Part shown: positions 10,901 to 18,288 of the stretch, piece after piece | How the letters are laid out: each line of letters begins with the position of its first letter | How positions within the stretch are numbered: the stretch's first letter is position 1 | Source of the DNA: an uncultured delta proteobacterium | GTDB lineage: Bacteria; Desulfobacterota; BSN033; UBA1163 | Length of the DNA: 64,000 nt | Assembly: GCA_963708295.1 (NCBI GenBank) | Contig: CAVPSJ010000005.1 | Coordinates: forward strand, 1-64,000 | Direction: 5' to 3' | Translations under genes and position numbers: made by a program | The notes under the pieces: generated by a model | What the model was told of the DNA's origin: nothing | Database searches by the model: none | What the model saw: only the letters and a program-made list of their open reading frames with translations

Positions 10901-12943
10901 TTCGGCTAGCTCGCGGTGAAAGGACTGCAGCTTCTGGACCTTACTGATGAGGCCAGCGCAGGCCCCACTCATGAATTGCCCGCGTTCCAGACAGGCCCGC
11001 TCATCCAGAGGCTCCTCGCCTGGCCTGTCCATGCCTCGGGCTGCAGCGAAGAGGCTCCCCGCGGTTATCTCCTCCATTCTCGTCCGGAAGGAGGGCTCGT
11101 CTTGGTGGCCTGCTGCAAACTCCCTCTCCAGGGATAAAATAGCTTCCACTCTCGGGGTCCTCAAGGACCGCACCCGAAGTCCGGTGTCCTGGCCTGAAAC
11201 GACTGTTCCCCCCGGAGGCGATTTCAGAATCATCCGCTGATAGAGCGCCGTCAAGGCGTCCGTTTCAACGATCTCCTGGGTGGCCAGATAGGCGGTGCCC
11301 ATCTGGATGGCGTCCGCGCCGAGCATGGCGGCCATGAATGCGGTCTCCCGATTGAAGATTCCCCCTGCAAGGATCACGCGACAGTTTTGGAACAGGGATG
11401 GCTTGCGCCGTTTCAGATCCAACACCATTTGAGCAAGGGTGAGTGTGCTATGTTGCCCCACGTGGCCGCCGGCCTCATACCCCTCGCAGACCACGTACCG
11501 GACGCCCGCTTCAAGGGCGAGCCTCAACAGGGCCTCATCAGGAGCGATATAAATGACCTCCATGCCACGTTCTATCAATTCTCTTAAGGGGGAGAGATCG
11601 CCTCCTGCGATCACTACAAAACGGGGTCTGTGTTTCTTTATCCAGGCCAGATGCGTCTCCCTGAAAGGGTTCTCTGCCAAAGAGACGACATTCACTGCAT
11701 AAGGGCGCCCTCTCATGATCTCCGGCAGGCGTCCCAGCCTCCGGTCAAGGGCCTCCGCGTCCATCAGGCCAAGTGCGATGGTCGGCAATCCACCGGCATC
11801 GGCAACTCTTGAGGCAAACTCCGGGACATCTGTGATCCAGGACATGGCCCCCTGGATAAAGGGATATTTGGTTCCCATCTCTCTGGCTACAGGGCTGTCC
11901 AAAAAGCAATCCTTTTTCGCCTCAGCCAGGTGGCATAAGTTTCGAATCTCGTCCATGAAGGCCTTCACGGCCTCCTCGGTTCCGGCCCCAAAACGCTCAA
12001 CGAACGACCGAGCAAAGGTGGTCTCCACACCAAGAGGGATGACTTCGTCCTGCATGAAATGGCTCTCCAGAGGGTGGAGGGCCCTTGCATGCACTTGGCT
12101 TACGAAGGAACGGCGGCTTTCCTCCGTGATCTCTGCTCCGCACAGCGAGTCCTCGAACGTCTTGATCTCCTTGAACGCAAGAGAGTTTCCCTTGTTGAAA
12201 AGGCGACAGGGAACCTGCAGGTCCAGGCCAAGCAGATCGGTAGAGTCCAGGCGGAGGTTGGAGAGCCGCTGGCGCTGGAGATCATCAATGGCAACCAGGT
12301 CTGTCAACCAATGGACGCTCTCGAAGACGATCCCCGCCGCCCCTGTGGACAGGAATGCCGCTGCCGCCTCAGGGGTGAAGACGCCTCCCCAGATGAGGAT
12401 GTCCGGAGACCTCGATGGGGTGCGCAGCATTTCCTTGACCGCTGAATAGAGAACCAGAGTCGTCTCGCCGCTCACGAATCCGGAGGCCTCGCATCCTTTC
12501 AGGACGATGCGCCCAATTCCCGAGCGATCCTTCACAATCGTTGCCAGGAAATCCAGGTCCCCGGTGATGGGAAAGCAACGGTGGTTTTCCGACAATTCCC
12601 TCAATCTCTGCAGAAAGGTAGAAGGATCTCCTTGAAAAAACTGCGGGTGGCATTCTACCCAGATGTCGTGGGCCCCTATTTCCTTCAGTAACCGCCCCAA
12701 AGATGGATCCATCAAGGTAGGGATAGAAATCTTGATATCCCTAACGTGGCCAGCAGGGTCGGCCTTTCGTAAGAAAGAACGCAGCCCTTCCACCCCCATC
12801 ATGGAAAAATCGAAGATGGCTCTGCTCCCTGTTCGCTGAGCCATTTGAATCACCGATGGGATGATCTCCTCAGGCCGCCAGACGAAAGCGATGATAGGAA
12901 CCCGATGCTCAGCCACTATGTCAGACCTCTGCTTCAACGCCAT
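4982..12943 (-). CDS. Iterative type I PKS / Pfa-like lipid synthase, domains pseudoER-ER-KS-AT-ACP-KR-DH (ORF open to 13024)
   Basis: FabK/PfaD-like ER (IQGAM, GYEAGGHVG, LAGGI, QMGTAYL); KS triad SAACATS / ECHATST / KSQIGHTLG; AT GHSLG and AFHS; ACP DLSIRSS; KR GGATGI and YAAAN; DH WIADHRP...FEALLQ. Confidence 0.93.
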   Translation of the reverse strand: MALKQRSDIVAEHRVPIIAFVWRPEEIIPSVIQMAQRTGSRAIFDFSMMGVEGLRSFLRKADPAGHVRDIKISIPTLMDPSLGRLLKEIGAHDIWVECHPQFFQGDPSTFLQRLRELSENHRCFPITGDLDFLATIVKDRSGIGRIVLKGCEASGFVSGETTLVLYSAVKEMLRTPSRSPDILIWGGVFTPEAAAAFLSTGAAGIVFESVHWLTDLVAIDDLQRQRLSNLRLDSTDLLGLDLQVPCRLFNKGNSLAFKEIKTFEDSLCGAEITEESRRSFVSQVHARALHPLESHFMQDEVIPLGVETTFARSFVERFGAGTEEAVKAFMDEIRNLCHLAEAKKDCFLDSPVAREMGTKYPFIQGAMSWITDVPEFASRVADAGGLPTIALGLMDAEALDRRLGRLPEIMRGRPYAVNVVSLAENPFRETHLAWIKKHRPRFVVIAGGDLSPLRELIERGMEVIYIAPDEALLRLALEAGVRYVVCEGYEAGGHVGQHSTLTLAQMVLDLKRRKPSLFQNCRVILAGGIFNRETAFMAAMLGADAIQMGTAYLATQEIVETDALTALYQRMILKSPPGGTVVSGQDTGLRVRSLRTPRVEAILSLEREFAAGHQDEPSFRTRMEEITAGSLFAAARGMDRPGEEPLDERACLERGQFMSGACAGLISKVQKLQSFHRELAEGPLLLHQPALPPNASLSMETPSSGVGHGLKRVAPHRDDHERVAITGMSILNALGKSPEEVWAASLAMKSGITLVPPSRWDHALFYDPRPQVPDKTYCKVGAFLDFHISRNELGIPPHDFRTMTEATRITMWLADRAIRASGILESDIPRERIGVLISQNSGEAAGTLTDMIIREYVHDILGAIKRAVHLTPDQESAIEREVKSGRMAPDDTTLLGRLNCAAAGFICNRYGFMGPSYSVSAACATSLVALHSAIQMIRSGIIDAAIVGGGEDNLTHLHFLEFSALGALYGLSGQERPAHETSRPFDAERDGMVLGEGGGMIVIERESLARARGARVHAVITGMGASNNHLGMVESSSVTQEIAIRASFRGIPYGPDAVDLVECHATSTRQGDVEEVRALKAFFNSSNRTVITSFKSQIGHTLGASGINSLIRGVTAMKAGVFPPTLNYKHPDPEIDLEGSGLLIAPEPLDWKGRDGQPRRLQVNAFGFGGSNYVVQVEQAMDEVDTILVSPGREPGLDGEKGGGPPTLQGVSFFRTEMDGRNYRMAVVAQSEEEALTVIERSASLAEAGIVSPKVLRSLAQQGIFMSREDLPALPLAFVFPGQGSHYGGMGRDLYESFPVIKEWMDRAAAAADFDLLHLLFHDREENLQKTRWQQPAMFAMEYAMARYLTTLGIHPVAMAGHSLGELTALCLAGVYSPEDGFRIVNKRALCMDKAAAMHVDPGVMAAVDAPLDLLKEMIQGREDVHIGNINSPNQVVLSGNTEAVKNLSKRLKEMGYRATLLRVSMAFHSPIMKVIHDELEAYIASIPFHSPQIPVISNTTMAPYPSDPDEIRRILMAHLESTVHWMNNVQTLWNDYGVRLFVEVGPGETLSNLIADTLPESACIQTCLPSAEGLTYKTALAQLFVQGHLKVEGEPRFVSLSAFRKTPESHRIAPAPALRTSELGLAGSNPVERIIQREINRFVIETFGRFLKPNILEAIRQELDPTFQEGDLSSVIKSMLVGSGPPEGQKQVSPGKPASPPLDSTPAILGQASPALGEAPEGQDLMERLIRIIMDATGFNRDEIQPDMDLRRDLSIRSSRLPIIMDAAERQFGITIELEDFINVRTVKDIAQRISKIIARQGGTSLQPATKAVDPDPVRDEILKSSEDEASLKRLVFNHATVELAASIPMELSPGESVLLLSPDRDDGIARSAGDILRLDHGVDTFPMLFMQGNFGPGEEGHDIRTDEGASRAVDRIAGLSPLSGMVITLCQGGSGRLRSMADVSRLLRGLFLLLKAFLQSPAKKFVVLIHSREDTETLGRLLAEGMLGLFLSAAQEHPSVQFRTLEIDRDTDLRVALRGALDRGCTVVEIIHRDGRVFTSEGHLAPSVFGDSSSLNLSPGDVVVMSGGATGISAHLARCLVPFTPRLVFLGRTPLDPGIHPAKPRPEHSSSEAFTFRPRASEIARTLADLHSSGIEATYHTCDVTDPEAVRAIMGEVASRYGKIDGIIHGAGVLRDGPLSQMTPDDFSMVTDVKFLGAWNLFSAAEGAGLRFFVGLSSAAAIQGNPGQANYAAANRMMSALLRTLRRKNGAIRFKALMLPPVEGAGMAEDPEVRELMKRKGVAYIHVNELAGLFCRELFVAPADDDWVMFMRRLPSVRTSLLNDTTRPSPSGELDGGTVSFSPEDFPMIEGISCLDIRREELEAFRSFSLEKDLWIADHRPFKFVKHPLVSAAMVLETFMEAARILYPHLQVRGVRQVRLMDMIQCPPGVPRPSRISCRRAGTGLREVLCEVSLATQEISPAGRLTDRFTPHCKGQVILDGGDGGGGYLGEGLPDFPVRLDELRTRPMDHKKVLKWYKDRSGLEGRYRVMEFLDGAGPGVVRGRTTYRETSDFANLRNARYQYSPYLFEALLQLVGFHIVAMDPSERRSMIPMEIGEMRFLRKCRVGEQITLEARMRAQDDEGLAWDARGIDDQGRTIMQVYGLRMHWVSD

Positions 12944-13289
12944 ACGTTCATCTTTTAATGGAGCCCCACGGGCAAGACCGTGCCTGCACACCGAAGTGCC
13001 CTCCTTGGCTGTCTTTCTCGACAAGAGTTACGGCACGCAGGCGTGGTCCTCAATAACCATACCCAACTACGCCAATCGGCGCTGATACAACTCGGTGCGC
13101 AAGCATTAAGGCTTCGTCGGGTCATCCGCCCGGCAGCGAAATCCGTCGAAGCATGGTAAGGGTATCGCCGGAAAGTCCCCATCGGGAGCTACGCATTCCA
13201 CGGTCGAGGCAGTGGTCTCCTGCGTAGGCGGATGACAATTCGCCAGTTGGATCCATCCCACCCGATACGGCCAAGTATCAGCCCGATCG

Positions 13290-14135
13290 TCACCGCTTCA
13301 AAGCCAGGTACCACTCTGTGACATCACTCCCGATTCCTGACCGGGCAAGCTGGCGCAGATCCACATCCAGAACGTCGCACGAGCTGTACTCCAGTATGCG
13401 GTATTGGGGATCCGTCCAAACACGCCGCATCCGACCCAAAACCTTCGTTTCCGGCGGCCAGGTGAGGCGAATGCGGTGGATCAGGTTGATGCCCGCCAGC
13501 GCCGCTGTTTCTATCACCATATCGGTGCAGTTGTTGCTCCTCGCGCCGAACTGGTCATACTTCCGGTGCATCACGTATTCATAGATCAATTGATGCCGTC
13601 GCCGGGTAATCGGCATTCTCCAGACGAACGTCGGGGGGCGATTGGGCTTGCCGGTCTGGAGGAGGCCATCGGACATCGTCTGCCACAAATAACCGATAGG
13701 ATTGGGATCCCTATGCCGAACCCTCTGAAGCACGCCCACATGGTAACGCGGCTTCGCTTGCCCGAGGTCGCCGGTGTGGCCGAATTCCAGACGATCCTTG
13801 GGACTTTCCAGGATGAGCCAACTATGCGCCCACGGACGCTGCCAAAGTGAGAAGAGATACGACGCCGCACTGCTGTAGTCCCAATTGGCAGCTTCGTTCA
13901 GGATATAGAGGTAATATCCCTCGTCCCCCACGGGCGTTCCGGTGGCGGGATCCAAGTCGGCATCGGGGGCAAAACGGCACACAATCTCGATGGGCTGGGC
14001 ACTCCAGCCATCGGGTTGCGTCGGAACGCAGAGCCTGGGCGTTCGACGGGCGCATCGGACCGCAACCCCCGCCAGCCATCTCATCACCACGAGGAGACGC
14101 GCTCGATATCCTCGTTCGGTCGCTTCGCTATTCAT
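13290..14135 (-). CDS. Hypothetical protein, probable permuted papain-like (NlpC/P60) amidase/acyltransferase
   Basis: WAHSWLILE (His) precedes YDQFGARSNNCTDMV (NC nucleophile), the His-before-Cys order of the LRAT/PPPDE-type clade; ATGA overlap with the upstream GNAT. Confidence 0.6.
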   Translation of the reverse strand: MNSEATERGYRARLLVVMRWLAGVAVRCARRTPRLCVPTQPDGWSAQPIEIVCRFAPDADLDPATGTPVGDEGYYLYILNEAANWDYSSAASYLFSLWQRPWAHSWLILESPKDRLEFGHTGDLGQAKPRYHVGVLQRVRHRDPNPIGYLWQTMSDGLLQTGKPNRPPTFVWRMPITRRRHQLIYEYVMHRKYDQFGARSNNCTDMVIETAALAGINLIHRIRLTWPPETKVLGRMRRVWTDPQYRILEYSSCDVLDVDLRQLARSGIGSDVTEWYLALKR

Positions 14136-15253
14136 AGGGACTTTCTGAATATGCGATATTTCTTGTATTTTTTTGCGCCAGCTTCCTCTATCAATGAGTT
14201 GATTGACTCGTTGTCCTCCAGGGTCCAGCCCAGCTCCAGATAATGATATTTCTCTTTTTTCCTCACAACCTCATAGATGTGGTGGAAGGCTAACATGGGG
14301 AGTCCCAGTTGTCGGTACTTCTCCTTGATCCCGAACATCAACAACCGCAATCCGTTGATCTCCCGCCGATACATGAGGAACTTCAGCAAACCCATCAGAC
14401 CGATCCGCCCGTTGAGACGCTTGAGCAAAGGGTTAATGTCAGGAAAGATCACGCAGAACGCTGCAGGTTCATTCTCATAATAGATGAAGAAAACTAAGTC
14501 CGGATCCAAGAATTTCATCACGTTCTTTTGAATGTCCCGCATCTCATTATCGCTCAGGGGGACGAAACCCCAGTTACTGGACCAGGAGGCATTGTATATC
14601 TCCTTGATCAGAGCGAACTCAGAGTCCGCATCCTTTGGACGAGAGAGCCTGATGTGGATACCTCTTTTCTGGGTGATCCGTTCAGCAAGACGATCCATCC
14701 ACTCGGGAAGCCGATAAGCGCCCTCTATCAGGAAGGCCAACAGGTCCTTTTCTTTGGTGAAACCGCACGATTCGACCAACCCTGGGTAGTACGGCGGGTT
14801 GTAAGCCATCATCAAAGCAGGCGGATAATCGAATCCCTCAATGAGCACCCCCACCTCGTAATTGGTAGACGGGTTGAGCGGGCCTCTCATGAAGGTCATC
14901 CCCTTCTGGTGAACCCACGTCTCCACGGAAGAAAAGAGGGCCGCCGCGGCCTCCGGATCGTCAGCGCATTCGAAAAATCCCCAAATACCCATCTTTTCGC
15001 TCTGGAATTGGTTATAACGACGATCGATGATGCCCGCAATCCTTCCCACCGTCTCCGAACCACGACGGGCCAGAAAGAGGATGCGCTCGGAAAACTCCCA
15101 GAAAGGATGTCTGCGGGGGTCCAGCATCCGGCGAACCTCCTTCTTAAGGGGGGGAACCCAGTTGGGATACTCAGCATAGATCTTCCATGGCAGGTCGATG
15201 AAGTCCTTTAATTCCGATCCTCCTTCTACCGTAATGATCTCCATGCCGGCCAT
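14132..15253 (-). CDS. YghO-like GNAT N-acyltransferase (bacterial ceramide synthase bCerS-like family)
   Basis: FIDLPWKIY..PNWVPPL, VGRIAGIID, WGFFEC, MRGPLNPSTNYE, MAYNPPYY, WSSNWGFVPL, ELGWTLEDN. Confidence 0.82.
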   Translation of the reverse strand: MAGMEIITVEGGSELKDFIDLPWKIYAEYPNWVPPLKKEVRRMLDPRRHPFWEFSERILFLARRGSETVGRIAGIIDRRYNQFQSEKMGIWGFFECADDPEAAAALFSSVETWVHQKGMTFMRGPLNPSTNYEVGVLIEGFDYPPALMMAYNPPYYPGLVESCGFTKEKDLLAFLIEGAYRLPEWMDRLAERITQKRGIHIRLSRPKDADSEFALIKEIYNASWSSNWGFVPLSDNEMRDIQKNVMKFLDPDLVFFIYYENEPAAFCVIFPDINPLLKRLNGRIGLMGLLKFLMYRREINGLRLLMFGIKEKYRQLGLPMLAFHHIYEVVRKKEKYHYLELGWTLEDNESINSLIEEAGAKKYKKYRIFRKSL

Positions 15254-15365
15254 GATTGTTCCCTTCGAGAGGTTATCACCGAAACATCTTCATTTCTTGC
15301 CCTAAACTCGCACGAACCTGTTTTCCAGACCTCAAACGGTCCGGGCTTGGTCACCCACCAAAAAA

Positions 15366-15394
15366 ATTCTAATAGCAAAATAATTCTAAGTCAA
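15366..15394 (-). promoter_or_regulatory. sigma70 promoter of the GNAT-PKS operon
   Basis: Minus strand TTGACT-N17-TAGAAT, about 110 nt upstream of the first ATG. Confidence 0.65.
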
Positions 15395-15757
15395 TAAAAA
15401 CAAACCTGCAGTATTGTAAAATAATTCTTCAGGTAATTCCTCAGTAGGAAAGATTTTGCAGTATTAGATTCGAATGCGAAAATGCTAAAGGTTCCTAATA
15501 TTCATTCAATGGAGTTAAAGATTCCTGGATGATGATCAGTCTTGGCGTGGACTTCTTTTGAAAAGATTGATTGATCTGGTATGCTTTTTTGATACACTAT
15601 TTATGATAATGTGAGATTTACAAAGGGGGGAAGTAGCCCTGGGTTCCGCTGCGAATCCAGCCAGGCTACCCAGACCAGAAATGTGAGAAAGATTATGAAT
15701 GAGTCAATCGATCGGAAATCCGCGGTGGCCTCCACGGTCAAGGATCCGGGGGGGGCC

Positions 15758-16210
15758 ATGGGAGTTCGGTGCATCGTACTGTTTGCAGTGCTGGTGTTTG
15801 CGAATCTCCCAGCGGTCGCCTTTGCCCAATCCTCATCATGCCGCGGAATTCACCTGAAGGTTCTGAACATTAGAAACAGGACTGGAACCGTAGATTGCGC
15901 GCTTTTCTAATCGCCAGGGGGTTTCCCTACTGAGTTTCTGCTCTCGGCAAAGAATGTTATGGTCATAAAAATTCGGAAAACGGAAGCGCGTTGCGACTTT
16001 GAAGACATTCCGCCGGGAACGTATGCGCTTGGTGTCATTCATGATGAAAATATGAACGGCAAGATTGACGCCGACTGGCTGGGAATTCCAAAGGAAGGCT
16101 ACGGTTTTTCAAATGATGTAAAAGCCTTGCTCGGTACGCCTCCGTTCTCTGCCGCCAGCTTTAAGTATGACGGGGAAACCCTGGATCTGACGATCAGCTT
16201 GAATTACTGA
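15758..16210 (+). pseudogene. DUF2141 family exported protein interrupted by an in-frame TAA at 15908-15910
   Basis: Signal peptide, then CALF*SPGGFP...PPGTYALGVIHDENMNGKID..LGIPKEGYGFSN, all in one frame. Confidence 0.8.
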
Positions 16211-16373
16211 ACGCTTGCTGTCCGGCTCTCTCCAAAGTATCCCTCAATATATTGAGGGTCCACCAAATATTGAGGTCAAACAGATCGTTTTATACTTCTC
16301 TCCTGTTCTCTCCTGTTGATCTAATCCCCTGTTATTAAAGGATGAATTCGACCCTCAGCCTTTTTCCGGTTGT

Positions 16374-16389
16374 TGGCAGGCCCTTTGCA
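16374..16389 (+). promoter_or_regulatory. sigma54 -24/-12 promoter
   Basis: TGGCAGGCCCTTTGCA (GG-N10-GC) upstream of the small membrane protein and BON genes. Confidence 0.6.
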
Positions 16390-16476
16390 ATACTGTTTCT
16401 ATTACCCTTGTCATTAAGGGTCCCCGGAGTAGATTAAAACGGATGGACGAATTTTGTCCTCAGAAAGGAGTCGAAC

Positions 16477-16623
16477 ATGCTTTGGACCATATTTGTGATT
16501 TTCTTAATTTTGTGGTTGTTGGGATTTGTGAGTGGCTACACGATGGGTGGAGTTATTCATGTCCTGCTGGTCATTGCCGTCATCGTGTTAGTGATCCAAC
16601 TTATTCAGGGACGAAGAGGATAG
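16477..16623 (+). CDS. lmo0937-family small membrane protein (48 aa, not in the ORF track)
   Basis: AAGGAG RBS; MLWTIFVIFLILWLLGFVSGYTMGGVIHVLLVIAVIVLVIQLIQGRRG. Confidence 0.88.
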   Translation: MLWTIFVIFLILWLLGFVSGYTMGGVIHVLLVIAVIVLVIQLIQGRRG

Positions 16624-16777
16624 TAGCGATTTGAACCCTGGCCGGAGAAAGTGAGGTATTTGGAAAAGAGGTGTTCAGCAGGTCCGGAAGGATTTTGCCG
16701 AATCTTGTAAGACCTTCAGCAGAAAAGGTCCCGCAACTAACCCTTTCACAAAAAACTTACAGAGAGGAGGTACCGCT

Positions 16778-17092
16778 ATGAAAAACAGAAATATCGTTAT
16801 CCACTGTTTAGTGCTTCTTATGCTGATCGCCACCCTTGCAGCCTGTGCATCGACACCCACACGAGAAAGTACAGGGGAATACGTTGACGATTCGGTCATC
16901 ACGACCAAGGTAAAATCTCTTCTTGCAGAAGATGATTTTTTAAAGTCATTCCAGATCAGTGTCGAGACTTACAAGGGGATCGTTCAACTGAGCGGCTTCG
17001 TTAATTCACGACAGGCCGTCGATAAAGCGGGTCAGATCGCAAGGAGCGTCAAAGGGGTCAAATCCGTAAAGAATAATCTGATCGTGAAATAG
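16778..17092 (+). CDS. BON-domain lipoprotein (OsmY-like)
   Basis: Lipobox LAAC; GEYVDDSVITTKVK...VETYKGIVQLSGFV...VKGVKSVKNNL; GGAGG RBS. Confidence 0.92.
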   Translation: MKNRNIVIHCLVLLMLIATLAACASTPTRESTGEYVDDSVITTKVKSLLAEDDFLKSFQISVETYKGIVQLSGFVNSRQAVDKAGQIARSVKGVKSVKNNLIVK

Positions 17093-17246
17093 GCGACCGT
17101 ACTCCCCTCCCGGATGGAACATGGCGGCCCCTGTTGACCCGAATCCTGGATCTCTGGGAGGCCCCTTTGGGAAGTTAGTTCAATGCGGAAATGGAGTCAA
17201 TCAAAGAGAGGGCCGGTCTGGTTAAGTCCACTTCAATCAAATAACA

Positions 17247-17305
17247 GTCGGGAGAGGAGAGGGTTTCACTACCCTCGCCCTCCCACAACGCCCAACGTAT
17301 CGGGT
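17247..17305 (-). mobile_element. Possible group II intron 3'-end remnant (partial DV + DVI)
   Basis: Minus strand TACGTTGGGCGTTGTGGGAGGGCGAGGGTAGTGAAACCCTCTCCTCTCCCGAC resembles class C intron 3' ends and finishes in AC; no RT ORF nearby. Confidence 0.45.
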
Positions 17306-17331
17306 ATGTTAACTAAGAAAGGAGACAGTGT

Positions 17332-17862
17332 ATGCATTTCACAAAGATCTTCACATTAATAGGTTTAACTCTGGTCATTGGATTGTTTGGTTGTGCTGCG
17401 GAGAAAAAGGCGGAAGCTCCCAAACGGGAACAAATCACAAAGAACTTGGCTCCCCAGAAGTCTGAGATTAAAGGCCGGAATTTTTTTGTGGAGCTCACTG
17501 ACCTTAAGGTCGTCACAATGGTAGACACAGCTTCTAAAGAGATCGTAGAGACGCCGACCCTAAGGGCTAACCTCAAGATTACCAATAAATCCAATAATAT
17601 CTTGGATATCCAGGCGGTCACCCTGGAGTACCTGGATGAAGCTGGGAAGCCAATCCCTTTTAAACCTGAAGAGAAGATTGATAAGGTTTATCCGTTTTGG
17701 AAGGCTCTTCCGCCTGAGGGTATGACCGAAGGGACTTTGGATGTCACGATCCCGAAGATGGCTGTCGCGGGAAAGGCCCTGGGAAAGATAGAAATCAACC
17801 TGGTCTATGTCCCCTCTCCTCTTAAACGAGAGACGTTGATTTTATCTGAAAAGGTTGAATAA
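17332..17862 (+). CDS. Hypothetical lipoprotein (beta-rich, Ig-like)
   Basis: Lipobox LFGC; AAGGAG RBS. Confidence 0.75.
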   Translation: MHFTKIFTLIGLTLVIGLFGCAAEKKAEAPKREQITKNLAPQKSEIKGRNFFVELTDLKVVTMVDTASKEIVETPTLRANLKITNKSNNILDIQAVTLEYLDEAGKPIPFKPEEKIDKVYPFWKALPPEGMTEGTLDVTIPKMAVAGKALGKIEINLVYVPSPLKRETLILSEKVE

Positions 17863-17993
17863 CCTCTGGTGTTAATCCATGTGGTTTTGAAGAGGGGGGT
17901 ATGTTGACCGCTAACGAAACTACCCTCGCCCACGAGGGTAGTTTAGATTCCCTAAGAACAATCTTATGGCTCTTAGGGCCTGGATTTCGCTAG

Positions 17994-18140
17994 CAACTAT
18001 TGAGTGTTTACCCTGCAGCCATCCAGCTACGGTTCCTTCAGATCTTAGCGGAGATTTCAGCCGAGAATAACTCAAGAGTGATTCTCCCTCTCCCGATAGA
18101 CTTACTCACAGCCTTCCTCCTAGAGAAGGAGACGGAATGA
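17994..18140 (+). pseudogene. C-terminal remnant of an SPFH/stomatin (slipin) gene
   Basis: Translates [41 protein letters not shown], matching the stomatin C-terminal motif; preceded by an in-frame stop. Confidence 0.7.
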
Positions 18141-18288
18141 CCTAAGTCATATTCCAAAAATAAGGAGAAGGGCCCTGGGTATTTATGTTGGAAATCTATC
18201 CCCTGGTGTATCAGAGAATAATCTTTGCCGAGGGTGACCTGGTTACGGTGGAAGAAGCCGTCATTGACCCATAAGAAACGAGGGCGTA

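Noticed and set aside
4997-12449. Numerous plus-strand ORFs of 60-256 aa inside the PKS
   Set aside because: Antisense ORFs expected from GC-rich codon usage.
15908-15910. Stop-codon recoding in DUF2141
   Set aside because: The stop is TAA, which is used as a normal stop throughout the window; it is not a Sec or Pyl codon.
16241-16258. Perfect 18-bp palindrome CCCTCAATATATTGAGGG
   Set aside because: Could be an operator or a terminator, but no function can be supported from a single instance.
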